From an uncultured virus (IMG/VR IMGVR_UViG_3300045970_000330) (Duplodnaviria > Heunggongvirae > Uroviricota > Caudoviricetes): a stretch of DNA of 64,000 bases. Location: the IMG/VR virus record IMGVR_UViG_3300045970_000330. One strand, 5' to 3'. The translations under genes were made by a program, and so were the position numbers. The notes beneath the pieces are model-generated. The model was given only the letters and a program-made list of their open reading frames with translations, did not search any database and was not told the DNA's origin. This document shows positions 55,634-64,000 of this stretch, one piece after another (the stretch's first letter is position 1; the number at the start of each line of letters is the position of its first letter).

Positions 55634-56674
55634 TTACTGGGTTGCAGTCAAGGATGTGGCATCCAGAGTCCAGGTATAGCTGCGAGCGTAGTAGCCATTG
55701 GCATGCACGGCATCAGCAGCGGCACCACCACCACCACCACCGATTGCCTGGGCAGCGTTCTGCACAGTCGCCTTGGTGATGTAGGCAGTTTCCTTCACAA
55801 TGGAGCTACCATCAGTCTTGACCTCATCCTTAATCATGATGGTCTTTCCCCTCAAATTAGCCACACCCTCAAACTGGGAGCAGTAAAGTTGGGACAGTGA
55901 CCACTGATTGCCATTCGGAACACGTTTTGCGTGATCCGTCATATTCCAACCACGAGCAACCGGGGCGATCATGGCGCCATCTTCAAAGGTCAAGCCCTCA
56001 TTGTAGTTCAAGCCCATGTCGAACCACTTGGCGGGACTGTCATCCAGCATCAGCAAGTTGAGGACAACACCAGCGGTGGCAGTAGCCAGATCCACGGTGA
56101 AGCCGTAACCAGGAGCCACAGTGAACAGATCACCCGAGGTCTTCACAGGGAAGATCGCGTCAATGGGGCTGTGGGCAACCACAGTAGCGGTGCCTAGTGC
56201 TAGCCCTGTGCCTGCCACGGGGGTGCCTGTAGCGCCAGTGCCGCCGCCCGCAACTGTCATCAGACCCACCGGAAGCGTGGTGCCGCCGTTGGTGATAATG
56301 ACATCAGTCACAACGCCTGCGACCACAACCGCAGTGCCTGCGAAGCCATTGTTCGTGGCAAAGGTCACAGCGGAGCCGTTGGTGTAGCCCGTGCCACCAG
56401 CAGTAACAGTAACCCGGGTAGCACCCGTGGTAGGACCAGATTTGACAGTAACCAGCATATTGGTGCTGATGTCAGAAATGCTGTCCACGTGCACAAACAG
56501 CTTGCTGTTTGCGTCAAAAATGGGCATAGCGCCTAGACCACTGAGGGTTTGCGCAACCACGGTGCCAGCGGCTGTAATGTTCATCACGGCGAATTTCTGG
56601 AAGTCCAGCACCGTGTAAGAGCAGGACAGGTAATGCTCGTGCATCCCCGTCACATTGGTAAGAATCTTCGCCAT
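55634..56674 (-). CDS. major tail/structural protein
   Basis: Strong AAAGGAG RBS, followed by terminator; inserted VTVTAGGTGYT...IITNGGT domain. Confidence 0.6.
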   Translation of the reverse strand: MAKILTNVTGMHEHYLSCSYTVLDFQKFAVMNITAAGTVVAQTLSGLGAMPIFDANSKLFVHVDSISDISTNMLVTVKSGPTTGATRVTVTAGGTGYTNGSAVTFATNNGFAGTAVVVAGVVTDVIITNGGTTLPVGLMTVAGGGTGATGTPVAGTGLALGTATVVAHSPIDAIFPVKTSGDLFTVAPGYGFTVDLATATAGVVLNLLMLDDSPAKWFDMGLNYNEGLTFEDGAMIAPVARGWNMTDHAKRVPNGNQWSLSQLYCSQFEGVANLRGKTIMIKDEVKTDGSSIVKETAYITKATVQNAAQAIGGGGGGAAADAVHANGYYARSYTWTLDATSLTATQ

Positions 56675-56692
56675 GTTTAGTTCTCCTTTGGG

Positions 56693-57145
56693 TTATCGAA
56701 GGTTCATCTGAGCGGTGGCTTCAAGCTGCTTGCGCTTCTTGTAAACCATTGCCGCCAGTAGATCGGTTTCGTTCACTGACACTAGGGTATGACCCGAAAT
56801 GAGTTCAGCTGCCTTGTAGATGGCGCTGAGGGCTTCTGTGGCACCGAGCTTGTTACCGATGCCTACCCAATACTTGTGAGCTGTAGTCGAAACCAGGGCA
56901 ATCAGAAGGGGGTTAGTAAGTGCATCAGTAGGAGCGCCCTGGGCGAACACAGTCTGAGGGTTTGCTGCGAGGTCCATAACCAGGGTTGGGAACGAATCCG
57001 AATAACTGGGAAGGGTCAGCACGGCAGTCTTCAGTAGAACTATGATTCGCTCATTGGGGAGCACTTCTGCGCCGACAACTGGATCATCGTTGCCAGTAGC
57101 AACGCGGATGTAATCGAACAGTTCCGTGAAGGTGGTAGCAGCCAT
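56693..57145 (-). CDS. head-tail adaptor-like protein
   Basis: Helical 150 aa directly after major capsid gene. Confidence 0.5.
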   Translation of the reverse strand: MAATTFTELFDYIRVATGNDDPVVGAEVLPNERIIVLLKTAVLTLPSYSDSFPTLVMDLAANPQTVFAQGAPTDALTNPLLIALVSTTAHKYWVGIGNKLGATEALSAIYKAAELISGHTLVSVNETDLLAAMVYKKRKQLEATAQMNLR

Positions 57146-57159
57146 GTGTTCCTCAGTGA

Positions 57160-57194
57160 GAATCGGGGGAGGTGGTTTAAGCCTCCCCCGATTC
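57160..57194 (-). terminator. stem-loop after major capsid gene
   Basis: GAATCGGGGGAGG...CCTCCCCCGATTC 13-bp perfect stem, weak U tail. Confidence 0.6.
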
Positions 57195-57198
57195 AGTC

Positions 57199-58305
57199 TT
57201 AGGCGAACTCACACTTGACAACTCGCACAACGTCATGGTTCACAGCAGCGATGCCGGGAATGTAAACGTCGAAGGCGCTGCGCAGGGGCTTGTTCACGAT
57301 GGAAGGAATGGTCTGGATCTTCCCCCACTGGTAAATGCCCAGGGTCTTGCTCACACCGTCATCCAGGATCAGACCGTAAGCGGCGATGTCAGGGATGTTG
57401 TTCTTCTTCACAACCAGCACATCGTAGACGGCGATTGTGTCGATGGACGAACCCACGGACATGATCTGCTTAGCGAACACTGTGCCCGAATCAGTCTGAG
57501 TTGTGGTGCTAACCCAGGTCTTGATGTCGTTGAAGTGCTTGGGGCTCACGAACAGGAGCTTCTGACCACCAAACCCGAAGGTTTCGCAGTAGTCGCTGAA
57601 CTTCGTGACGTTGGCGAGATCCAACTTGCCCGTGGTCTTGAAATCCAAAATGTTGGTTGTCGGATGCACGCGCCCAGCGGGGAGATCGTGGTAGGTGGCA
57701 GCAGCCAGCGAAGCAGCGAAGCCACCAGTCCAGGCAGTCAGGAGCATGTCCTGCATCCCCTTACGGATGCGGTAGCGCGCCATATCAATAGCCTTCAGGC
57801 GGCTAGTGTAATTGCTCTCAGCTAGGCGGGGATCATCGAACTCGAACTGAAGAACGAGGCGCTGACCACTGACGGGCACAGGAACATCGTAGCCCTTCAT
57901 TGTCTGGAGGGAGTTCACTGCCATAGCGGGACCACCATCGGTCATACTGGCGGTGATAACCTGCATCGGCGCGTCCTTGGACTTCAGGTAGTAGATGGGA
58001 TCGCCAAACTTGCAGAGATACCGATCCGCCAGCTGCTCAGCCCAAAACTGATCGCGCTGAGTGAACATCACGGTGGGTCCGAGAGCAGCAGCCAGTTCAC
58101 GACCTTCATTGGTCTGGAGAGCCAGATCCGAAGGCATCTTGCTTGTCTCGAAAGCGTTCTTGATGTCTGTTTCGAGCAGCTCGCCAATGCCAGCAATCTG
58201 GCGGGCATTCTCTGCGGGGTCCACGCAAGCTTTGAAAGCCTCCTGCTTTTCCACATCAGAGGGAGCGGTCCCGGTGAGGTCAAAGTTACGACCTAGTTCC
58301 TTCAT
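57199..58305 (-). CDS. major capsid protein
   Basis: 368 aa in portal-protease-decoration-MCP order; LLFVSPKHFNDI; biased codon use; followed by hairpin. Confidence 0.75.
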   Translation of the reverse strand: MKELGRNFDLTGTAPSDVEKQEAFKACVDPAENARQIAGIGELLETDIKNAFETSKMPSDLALQTNEGRELAAALGPTVMFTQRDQFWAEQLADRYLCKFGDPIYYLKSKDAPMQVITASMTDGGPAMAVNSLQTMKGYDVPVPVSGQRLVLQFEFDDPRLAESNYTSRLKAIDMARYRIRKGMQDMLLTAWTGGFAASLAAATYHDLPAGRVHPTTNILDFKTTGKLDLANVTKFSDYCETFGFGGQKLLFVSPKHFNDIKTWVSTTTQTDSGTVFAKQIMSVGSSIDTIAVYDVLVVKKNNIPDIAAYGLILDDGVSKTLGIYQWGKIQTIPSIVNKPLRSAFDVYIPGIAAVNHDVVRVVKCEFA

Positions 58306-58339
58306 GTTGTTTCTCCTTGGTTCAGGTTGTTGTTATGGA

Positions 58340-58783
58340 TTAGTAGAGGTGAACCGCGCCCGTGCGGGTAGCAGTCGAGGCAATGGCATCAATCGCCACG
58401 CCAACCTTGGTGCCAGCGGCGTAAATCTTCAGGGTGCCAGCGGCGCCTGCGGTGCCGAGTTCCAGTTCAGCGCCAGCAGCGATGCCAGCACCAGGAACAA
58501 CGGTTAGACCCAGGGCGGTGCAACCACGGAAAGCCTTGGCAACGCTAACGGGTTCACCGATCTGCGTGTAAGGTCCGAAATCAACATCCTGGTAGAGATT
58601 GTAACGGTTGATGTATTCAGTAGCGGTCACGATTTCGGACAGCATGATGGCATCCACACGTGTGGTTGCGGGGGTGAGAACACCAGAAGCGTTATACTGG
58701 AGGAATAGACCTTCCAGCGTGGCAGCGGCGAGGGTGGTTGCGGCGACTTCGGTGGAGAAGTTGCCATTGATGACCACAGACAT
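58340..58783 (-). CDS. capsid decoration/cement protein
   Basis: 147 aa Ala/Gly-rich between scaffold and MCP; AAGGAG RBS. Confidence 0.6.
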   Translation of the reverse strand: MSVVINGNFSTEVAATTLAAATLEGLFLQYNASGVLTPATTRVDAIMLSEIVTATEYINRYNLYQDVDFGPYTQIGEPVSVAKAFRGCTALGLTVVPGAGIAAGAELELGTAGAAGTLKIYAAGTKVGVAIDAIASTATRTGAVHLY

Positions 58784-58819
58784 GTTGTATCTCCTTTAGG
58801 GTGGTGGTTGGCGGGTTGG

Positions 58820-60118
58820 TTACCGGCGAAGGTGGTTGAGGTTGAACTTGGTGCCCTCATCAGGCTTCTTGCCTGCGATGGACGGTGCCGGGGTTGGGAT
58901 GGCAGTCTGCGTTGCTAGTTCAGCAGCGGCGGCGGCGGCAGCAAGCTCATCTTCGGTAGCTGCTTCGGTGGTAGAACCCTGTGCACATTCAGACTCGCCT
59001 TCGCCCGATTCCTCTTTCTTGCAGGCTGCAAGGACCATTTCGGAGGCAGACTGGGCAACACACACTAGCTTGCAAGCTAGAGCAGTAAAGCAGTCCACTT
59101 CGGCTTCGCCATAGCAGCCCGAGAACAAGGAGCGGGTGAAAGCCTGCTCATCAGCCTCAAGCTTCGTCAGATCGAAGCACTTACCGAGATTGTCTGTGAA
59201 CGCAGATTCGCGCATCGCGTTGAGCTGTGCCTGGAGAGCCATGTATTCGGACTCTTTGGCATACATCTCTGCGAGCTTTGTATCGCGCTCCTGGCACTTA
59301 GATTCCAGCTCCTGAGCAGTAACTTCGGCGGCTTCCTTGGCTGCTGTGAGTTCAGATTTCTCTGTCTCCAGCAGCTCTGCACGCGCCTGAGCCTCGGCAA
59401 GCTCTTTCACAAGCTTCTCGATCTGCTCGGGGGTGAGGTTTTCCACGGTAACTCCTGTAGGGGGAATGAAAGTTGAGAGCGAAACTTCGCTCGTCACACA
59501 TATAAGGCGTTCAGTAGAAACTGGCGCCATGTCAAGTAATGCTGCGTTCTCTGTTGCGAGAATGCCGGATGTCTGATCTCCGGGTTGGATTCCATCAAAA
59601 AGAACGGCGATGCCTACAAAAGAGATTGTTGAGTTCTCTGTCATAGTGCGGACGCCATTTGCGTCTTTAATGGGATTCGTGTATTCCACTTCCATGGATA
59701 CGTGAGCGGTTCCGGCACGCAGTTGAGACTGCTCGCTCTCCGTTAGAGTGCGCTTCCACAACACCAAATCCAGGTAAACGCCATCAGATTTTAGATAAGC
59801 TTTTTCGATGTAACCAATGGGTTCATTGGTTTTAGATCCATTGTCAACTGCCAAATGGTTCCGATTAACCTGCTTGCCCTCAAAAGACTTCCACGCGGGA
59901 ATCTGCTCCCCAAAGGCTGTCCTGTGGGTAAGTTCCAGGGGCTTGCGCTTGAACCGAAAGTTGTTCCTATTAGTTTCAAAGCCGCATGCCTTCACATGCA
60001 GCCTTGCGGTATCGTCCAGTATCTTTGCGGGATTGTATGAACCGGATAGCTCTTTATCTTCGCCCATGGGGGTCACTTCTGCGAGGTCATAAGATCCCTC
60101 GGTAGTAACCTCATTCAT
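58820..60118 (-). CDS. prohead protease fused to scaffold
   Basis: NRNNFRF, NRNH, PIGYI, HVSMEV protease domain plus acidic coiled-coil C-terminus. Confidence 0.7.
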   Translation of the reverse strand: MNEVTTEGSYDLAEVTPMGEDKELSGSYNPAKILDDTARLHVKACGFETNRNNFRFKRKPLELTHRTAFGEQIPAWKSFEGKQVNRNHLAVDNGSKTNEPIGYIEKAYLKSDGVYLDLVLWKRTLTESEQSQLRAGTAHVSMEVEYTNPIKDANGVRTMTENSTISFVGIAVLFDGIQPGDQTSGILATENAALLDMAPVSTERLICVTSEVSLSTFIPPTGVTVENLTPEQIEKLVKELAEAQARAELLETEKSELTAAKEAAEVTAQELESKCQERDTKLAEMYAKESEYMALQAQLNAMRESAFTDNLGKCFDLTKLEADEQAFTRSLFSGCYGEAEVDCFTALACKLVCVAQSASEMVLAACKKEESGEGESECAQGSTTEAATEDELAAAAAAAELATQTAIPTPAPSIAGKKPDEGTKFNLNHLRR

Positions 60119-60125
60119 TCAGTCC

Positions 60126-61697
60126 TCACTTGGGGGGACGCCCGGGTTGACCCTTGGGGGCTGCTTTAAGCGTCTTGGGGTTCGTCACCGTGGGTGAGTC
60201 TAGGGCAGGCGTTTCCGACTGCTTCTTTTGCTGCTTGAGTGCATCCTTAGCTGCCTGATTCTCAGCCTCCAAGGTCTTATCCGAATTGCCTTGACCCACT
60301 TCATAGATGTTTCCGATGACATCCGAAGATTTCTGTTCAGTCTTCTTCTGCTCAAGCTCGGCTTCCAGGTTGTAATCGGGGTCCATGTATTCGCACAGGG
60401 ACTGTAGGCTGTAAGCGCCAGTAGACTGCTTGAACTTAACCACGTTCAGTTTGGTGCCTAGATCATGAACACTATCCTCGGACCACAGGAAGCGCGCTGT
60501 TTCAGCCCCGGGCATACGTCCCTGAGCGGCAAGATCCGCCATCAAAGGTTTCAGCAGCTGATCCATGATGCATCCATGCCTGAGGAAGCGGGTAGCGGGT
60601 AAGAAGCTGCGCGCCATGAACATCGCGGCTCCTTCAGAGCTAGCTTCATCATAGGGGGGCACACCAATATTGCGCTGTAGGTCGCTATTTGTTGCTGTTT
60701 GATTCTTACGAACCACATCAAATGGGTCTTTGTCTAGGGTCTTGATCTCAACATCAACGTCTGCGGGCGTGACTAGAGCGCCCGAGCGGAAGCCTACGGA
60801 TAGACTGTTCAGAACAGCGTTTAGGCGTTCCTTTGACGGAGGCTTGGGGCGACCATCGCGGGCATCTGCACCCACCTTATCACCCACCTTAGCGTGAATT
60901 AAGTAGTGCTTTACCATGTCAACGAAAGCGCCCAGCTGTTCAGAAATACGCTCGCCATCAACAGTAGACCCTAGGAAGGGAAACACTGGTGCTAGGGGCA
61001 GCGTGTCTTCAGAGTCACCTTCAATGGTAATGAAGTAGGCACCACCCTGAGTAAGCTTGCCACCTGTGTCATAGACCCTAGTGATATTGATGCCAGCAGG
61101 ATCATCCATGTAGGTAGACCAATAGCTTGGATAGTTAGCGCTATTCAGCTTCACCGCAGCCTTGGCTTCATCCGACAGCTGCAAGTAAACGATCTCGTTA
61201 CCTAATACGTCCCGCTTGATCGCCACATTATGCAGGATCGTGAGGGTAGGGGGCGCCTTGGGATCTTCGGATACATAGACTACACACCACCCGATAGTGG
61301 CAAGGTCCAGGGCTACCCGCTGAAGCTTACTATACACACGCTGCTGGAATGTCCAGGCTTCCAATTCCGGCGAGCCCTTGAGCCTAAAGTTATCCACGAT
61401 AGTGGCTGCGAGATCCGTAAGGATGGGGCGAATGCGTAGCTGCGCACGCCACTGCTTGATATAGTTAACCATCGCATCGGGATCTTCCGGTTTAGGGATC
61501 TCCTTACGGGTTAGCTTCAGTCGATTTGTGGTGGGTCCAACAAGGGCATTAATATCACCCGCTACTGTTGTATCTGTAGCTGACGCTGGAGTTCCCTGGT
61601 TAGGTGCACCCACCGCAACAATGTTATTTGCCATTTCACGAGCAAGGTCTTTGAAGCCCACTGCCCGTAGAACCATAAGTTGGAATTGATTAGCCAT
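60126..61697 (-). CDS. portal protein
   Basis: 523 aa immediately after terminase large subunit. Confidence 0.7.
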   Translation of the reverse strand: MANQFQLMVLRAVGFKDLAREMANNIVAVGAPNQGTPASATDTTVAGDINALVGPTTNRLKLTRKEIPKPEDPDAMVNYIKQWRAQLRIRPILTDLAATIVDNFRLKGSPELEAWTFQQRVYSKLQRVALDLATIGWCVVYVSEDPKAPPTLTILHNVAIKRDVLGNEIVYLQLSDEAKAAVKLNSANYPSYWSTYMDDPAGINITRVYDTGGKLTQGGAYFITIEGDSEDTLPLAPVFPFLGSTVDGERISEQLGAFVDMVKHYLIHAKVGDKVGADARDGRPKPPSKERLNAVLNSLSVGFRSGALVTPADVDVEIKTLDKDPFDVVRKNQTATNSDLQRNIGVPPYDEASSEGAAMFMARSFLPATRFLRHGCIMDQLLKPLMADLAAQGRMPGAETARFLWSEDSVHDLGTKLNVVKFKQSTGAYSLQSLCEYMDPDYNLEAELEQKKTEQKSSDVIGNIYEVGQGNSDKTLEAENQAAKDALKQQKKQSETPALDSPTVTNPKTLKAAPKGQPGRPPK

Positions 61698-61731
61698 GGA
61701 GAGCCCTCACCCTATACTCTGTTCAGTAGAG

Positions 61732-63315
61732 CTACAAGGCGCCCGCTGCTATACAATCCTCATCTGTGTCATGTCCCAATGCACCCTGGAAGTCGTATTC
61801 ACCCTCCACGAGTTCTTCAGCAGCATTCCAGGCATAAAGCAGGGCGGAATACCTATCCTTTTTCATAGTGCTACTGAATCGGAATAAGCCCGGCTGTGCC
61901 TCAATGGGGCTAGCCTGAATACTCAATAACTGCGTCTGTAGCTTGTCCATTTCGATTACAGCTTCCACCCCTGTGTCTTCATCGTCTGCCCCTGGAAGCA
62001 TCAATTCAGGTGTTCCATTACCATCAAGTGCCCGCAGCATACGAGTGTTCAATCTAGTATTGTTGTCTTTACCTGTGCCCGTGGGAGCAAACTGACGGCA
62101 AATTAAGCGCCCCTGCTCCCATGGTTCTGAGTCCATAGCGATTGGGCAAATATCCGGTGTATCTTTGTAATAAATCTTCAGCTCATGCAGCAGCTGTTCT
62201 CCACCATTTCTATCGAGCCCTAAATACACTGGATTGAAGCGCTCAATATATTCCATAACAAGCTTTGCGTTCTCGGTAGCCCAACCCTTCTTAAAGTTGA
62301 GGGATACACTAGCTACGATTACCCACTTGCGAGGTCCAATGCGCTTCAGGACCGTCAGGGCGGTGTGATCGCTGCCCCTGAAGGCTGGATCAACCCCAAT
62401 GACGTAGATGCCTCCACGGACCCCTACAGCCTCAGGGACGGCACCTTGCTCAATAGCATAGAGCCTATTGCGTTCGAGCATCGCCCCGTTGTAGTAGTTA
62501 TTCCCATAAGCGGTCCAATGCCCATAAATTTCACGGGCTACCTCATCTGCGGGGCTGGATTTCTCCATATCCGAAATGGCTTTATGGTCAATAATATGAC
62601 TATAGGCTGCCGGAACATCCTTGTAACAGTAGTTGGCAAAGTAATATAAGGGCTTATTGGTTCTAGGGTCAATTTCTCCAGTTACCATACCCTTGTAGTG
62701 CTTTTGGCAGGAGTCCCAGGTTAGTGACGGTCTATATCCACCTGTAGTTAATTGGATTATTTTTTGATTTCCATACTTATCCGTAATTGAGCAACAGGGA
62801 ATAAAGACAGTTCGGACAATATCGGAAGGAATAGCTGCAACTTCGTCAATTACCAAAATGTTACACCGATACCCACGGACCCGGGCGCCGCCTTTATTGA
62901 TGTCTGAGGGGATAGCCTTGCATACAGACCCATTTTTACATGTGAGCTTCCATTCAGAAGCCCCATGTAACACAAAGTCCCCTGCGGATGTAAGATCAAC
63001 GCATTTAGCTGCTTCGGGGTTTTCCCTAAGCACCTTTTCCATGAACTCTACTTGCAAGCGGGGCGTGGCGAACTTGAGTCCTAGCAGCAATATCTGAGTA
63101 CCTGGATGGGTAATGCACCACAATAGATTGAATATGCCCTGTCCCGCAGTTTTTCCCGTAGAGCGCCCTGAGCTGTTATAGCTGTAAGTGGCATTCCACA
63201 TACCAACTAAAATATCCCGTTGGTGTGGGGGTAAATCCACATTAGGCATCAAGATCGCCAATGCTAGCAGCGGATCATCCTGTAGCCGCTTAATGTGTGC
63301 TGGGAGCAGTGACAC
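61732..63315 (-). CDS. terL: terminase large subunit
   Basis: GRSTGKT Walker A, RVRGYRCNILVIDE Walker B, IGVDPA, DHTA, KDRYSAL nuclease motifs. Confidence 0.92.
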   Translation of the reverse strand: MSLLPAHIKRLQDDPLLALAILMPNVDLPPHQRDILVGMWNATYSYNSSGRSTGKTAGQGIFNLLWCITHPGTQILLLGLKFATPRLQVEFMEKVLRENPEAAKCVDLTSAGDFVLHGASEWKLTCKNGSVCKAIPSDINKGGARVRGYRCNILVIDEVAAIPSDIVRTVFIPCCSITDKYGNQKIIQLTTGGYRPSLTWDSCQKHYKGMVTGEIDPRTNKPLYYFANYCYKDVPAAYSHIIDHKAISDMEKSSPADEVAREIYGHWTAYGNNYYNGAMLERNRLYAIEQGAVPEAVGVRGGIYVIGVDPAFRGSDHTALTVLKRIGPRKWVIVASVSLNFKKGWATENAKLVMEYIERFNPVYLGLDRNGGEQLLHELKIYYKDTPDICPIAMDSEPWEQGRLICRQFAPTGTGKDNNTRLNTRMLRALDGNGTPELMLPGADDEDTGVEAVIEMDKLQTQLLSIQASPIEAQPGLFRFSSTMKKDRYSALLYAWNAAEELVEGEYDFQGALGHDTDEDCIAAGAL

Positions 63316-63983
63316 TACTTCCCCTCACCGAAGGCGTCAGCAGCACGCGCTAGCATGGTCTGCTTAACCTCCGTTACCTCCTGCATAGCAGGTTCATCAA
63401 TAGCCCTATTGAAGTGATCGACAATAAGCTCAGCTGTGCTACGCTGCCCGCCCTTGTTCTCACCCGCAGACTGTGAGGGTAGAGCTTTCAGTGCCTGCCC
63501 TAGCTCAATAATGCGCTTGTTAGACGCAGATAGGGCACTATGATCAATCGACTCAGAAGAATACAGCTCGGAGTTGATTCGTGTTTCGCATACCAGCATG
63601 CGAGTCATCTGATCCCGCAGTGCCTTAACGGGATCGGCTTGCACTTCGGCTTCTAGGTAGATGTCTGCCCGCTCAATGTTGGTGCGCTCCTGGGCGCTCT
63701 TAGGCGCCTTACGGGTCACTTTAAGCTCCGCATGATGACGGGCACGGGCTTCCAGAAACGCAGCACTGGTTCCACGGCGGCGGTTCCCAGCAGGATCATC
63801 AGAACGAAGGCGCGGCGAATTAGGGTCATTGGATGCTTTCAGCTGTAATCTCGGGGTGGTGATTGTAATTGGTCGCGGTTTCGGCAGCGAGGAACTTTCG
63901 CCGTTCATGCTCCTGTAGATGGTCGGTCCCGAAAGGGATAGTGCCATCGGTATTAGGCTTGTCCAAATTAGATTGGTTATCAC
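63315..63983 (-). CDS. putative terminase small subunit (start uncertain)
   Basis: Directly upstream of terL; basic N-half, helical C-half. Confidence 0.45.
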   Translation of the reverse strand: MITNLIWTSLIPMALSLSGPTIYRSMNGESSSLPKPRPITITTPRLQLKASNDPNSPRLRSDDPAGNRRRGTSAAFLEARARHHAELKVTRKAPKSAQERTNIERADIYLEAEVQADPVKALRDQMTRMLVCETRINSELYSSESIDHSALSASNKRIIELGQALKALPSQSAGENKGGQRSTAELIVDHFNRAIDEPAMQEVTEVKQTMLARAADAFGEGK

Positions 63984-64000
63984 GAATCCACTTGTTGAGT

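Noticed and set aside
13809..63097. Many + strand ORFs of 60-250 aa opposite the minus-strand genes (e.g. 15958..16602, 19067..19783, 22562..23314, 57235..57825)
   Set aside because: Antisense shadows of well-supported genes with no recognisable motifs
1..64000. Stop-codon recoding (TAG occurs often)
   Set aside because: Genes are full length under the standard code and many end in TAG directly before promoter motifs, terminators or the next gene

Overview
The window is a 64 kb slice (starting inside a gene and ending at the packaging genes) of a large, long-tailed dsDNA phage with no recognisable tail sheath (siphovirus-like). It also carries a complete plasmid-maintenance module, so it is a probable phage-plasmid. 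Layout: (+) 1-5.6 kb small early genes, Rad52/Sak-like annealing protein, RecA, short C5 cytosine methyltransferase, Rnl2-like ligase; (-) 5.7-8.7 kb repA(RepA_C-like)-parA-RHH partner-secreted protein operon next to an iteron origin (8.9-9.3 kb); (+) 9.4-12 kb RuvC-like, UvsY-like, Hjc-like, dUTPase; (-) 12-64 kb nucleases, primase, DnaB, ThyX, GH46-like endolysin, DNA-ligase homologue, SSB, holin/spanin-like genes, tail fibre, tail tip, tape measure, a cluster of modular fibre genes, tail tube/chaperones, capsid, protease/scaffold, portal and terminases. Most notable: (1) plasmid replicon with phased iterons inside a virion-encoding genome; (2) a full-length ATP-dependent DNA ligase homologue whose catalytic motifs are all degenerate (KxDG -> RLEG), in a genome that also has an intact stand-alone ligase adenylation domain; (3) a strand-oriented GGTGGTAAYAA motif upstream of about 13 transcription units, a likely phage-specific promoter; (4) fibre genes that share modules pairwise; (5) tail chaperones encoded as duplicated genes. 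No integrase, DNA polymerase, RNA polymerase/sigma factor, tRNA, CRISPR array or reverse transcriptase was recognised in the window. All product calls rest on motif recognition by eye, not database searches.
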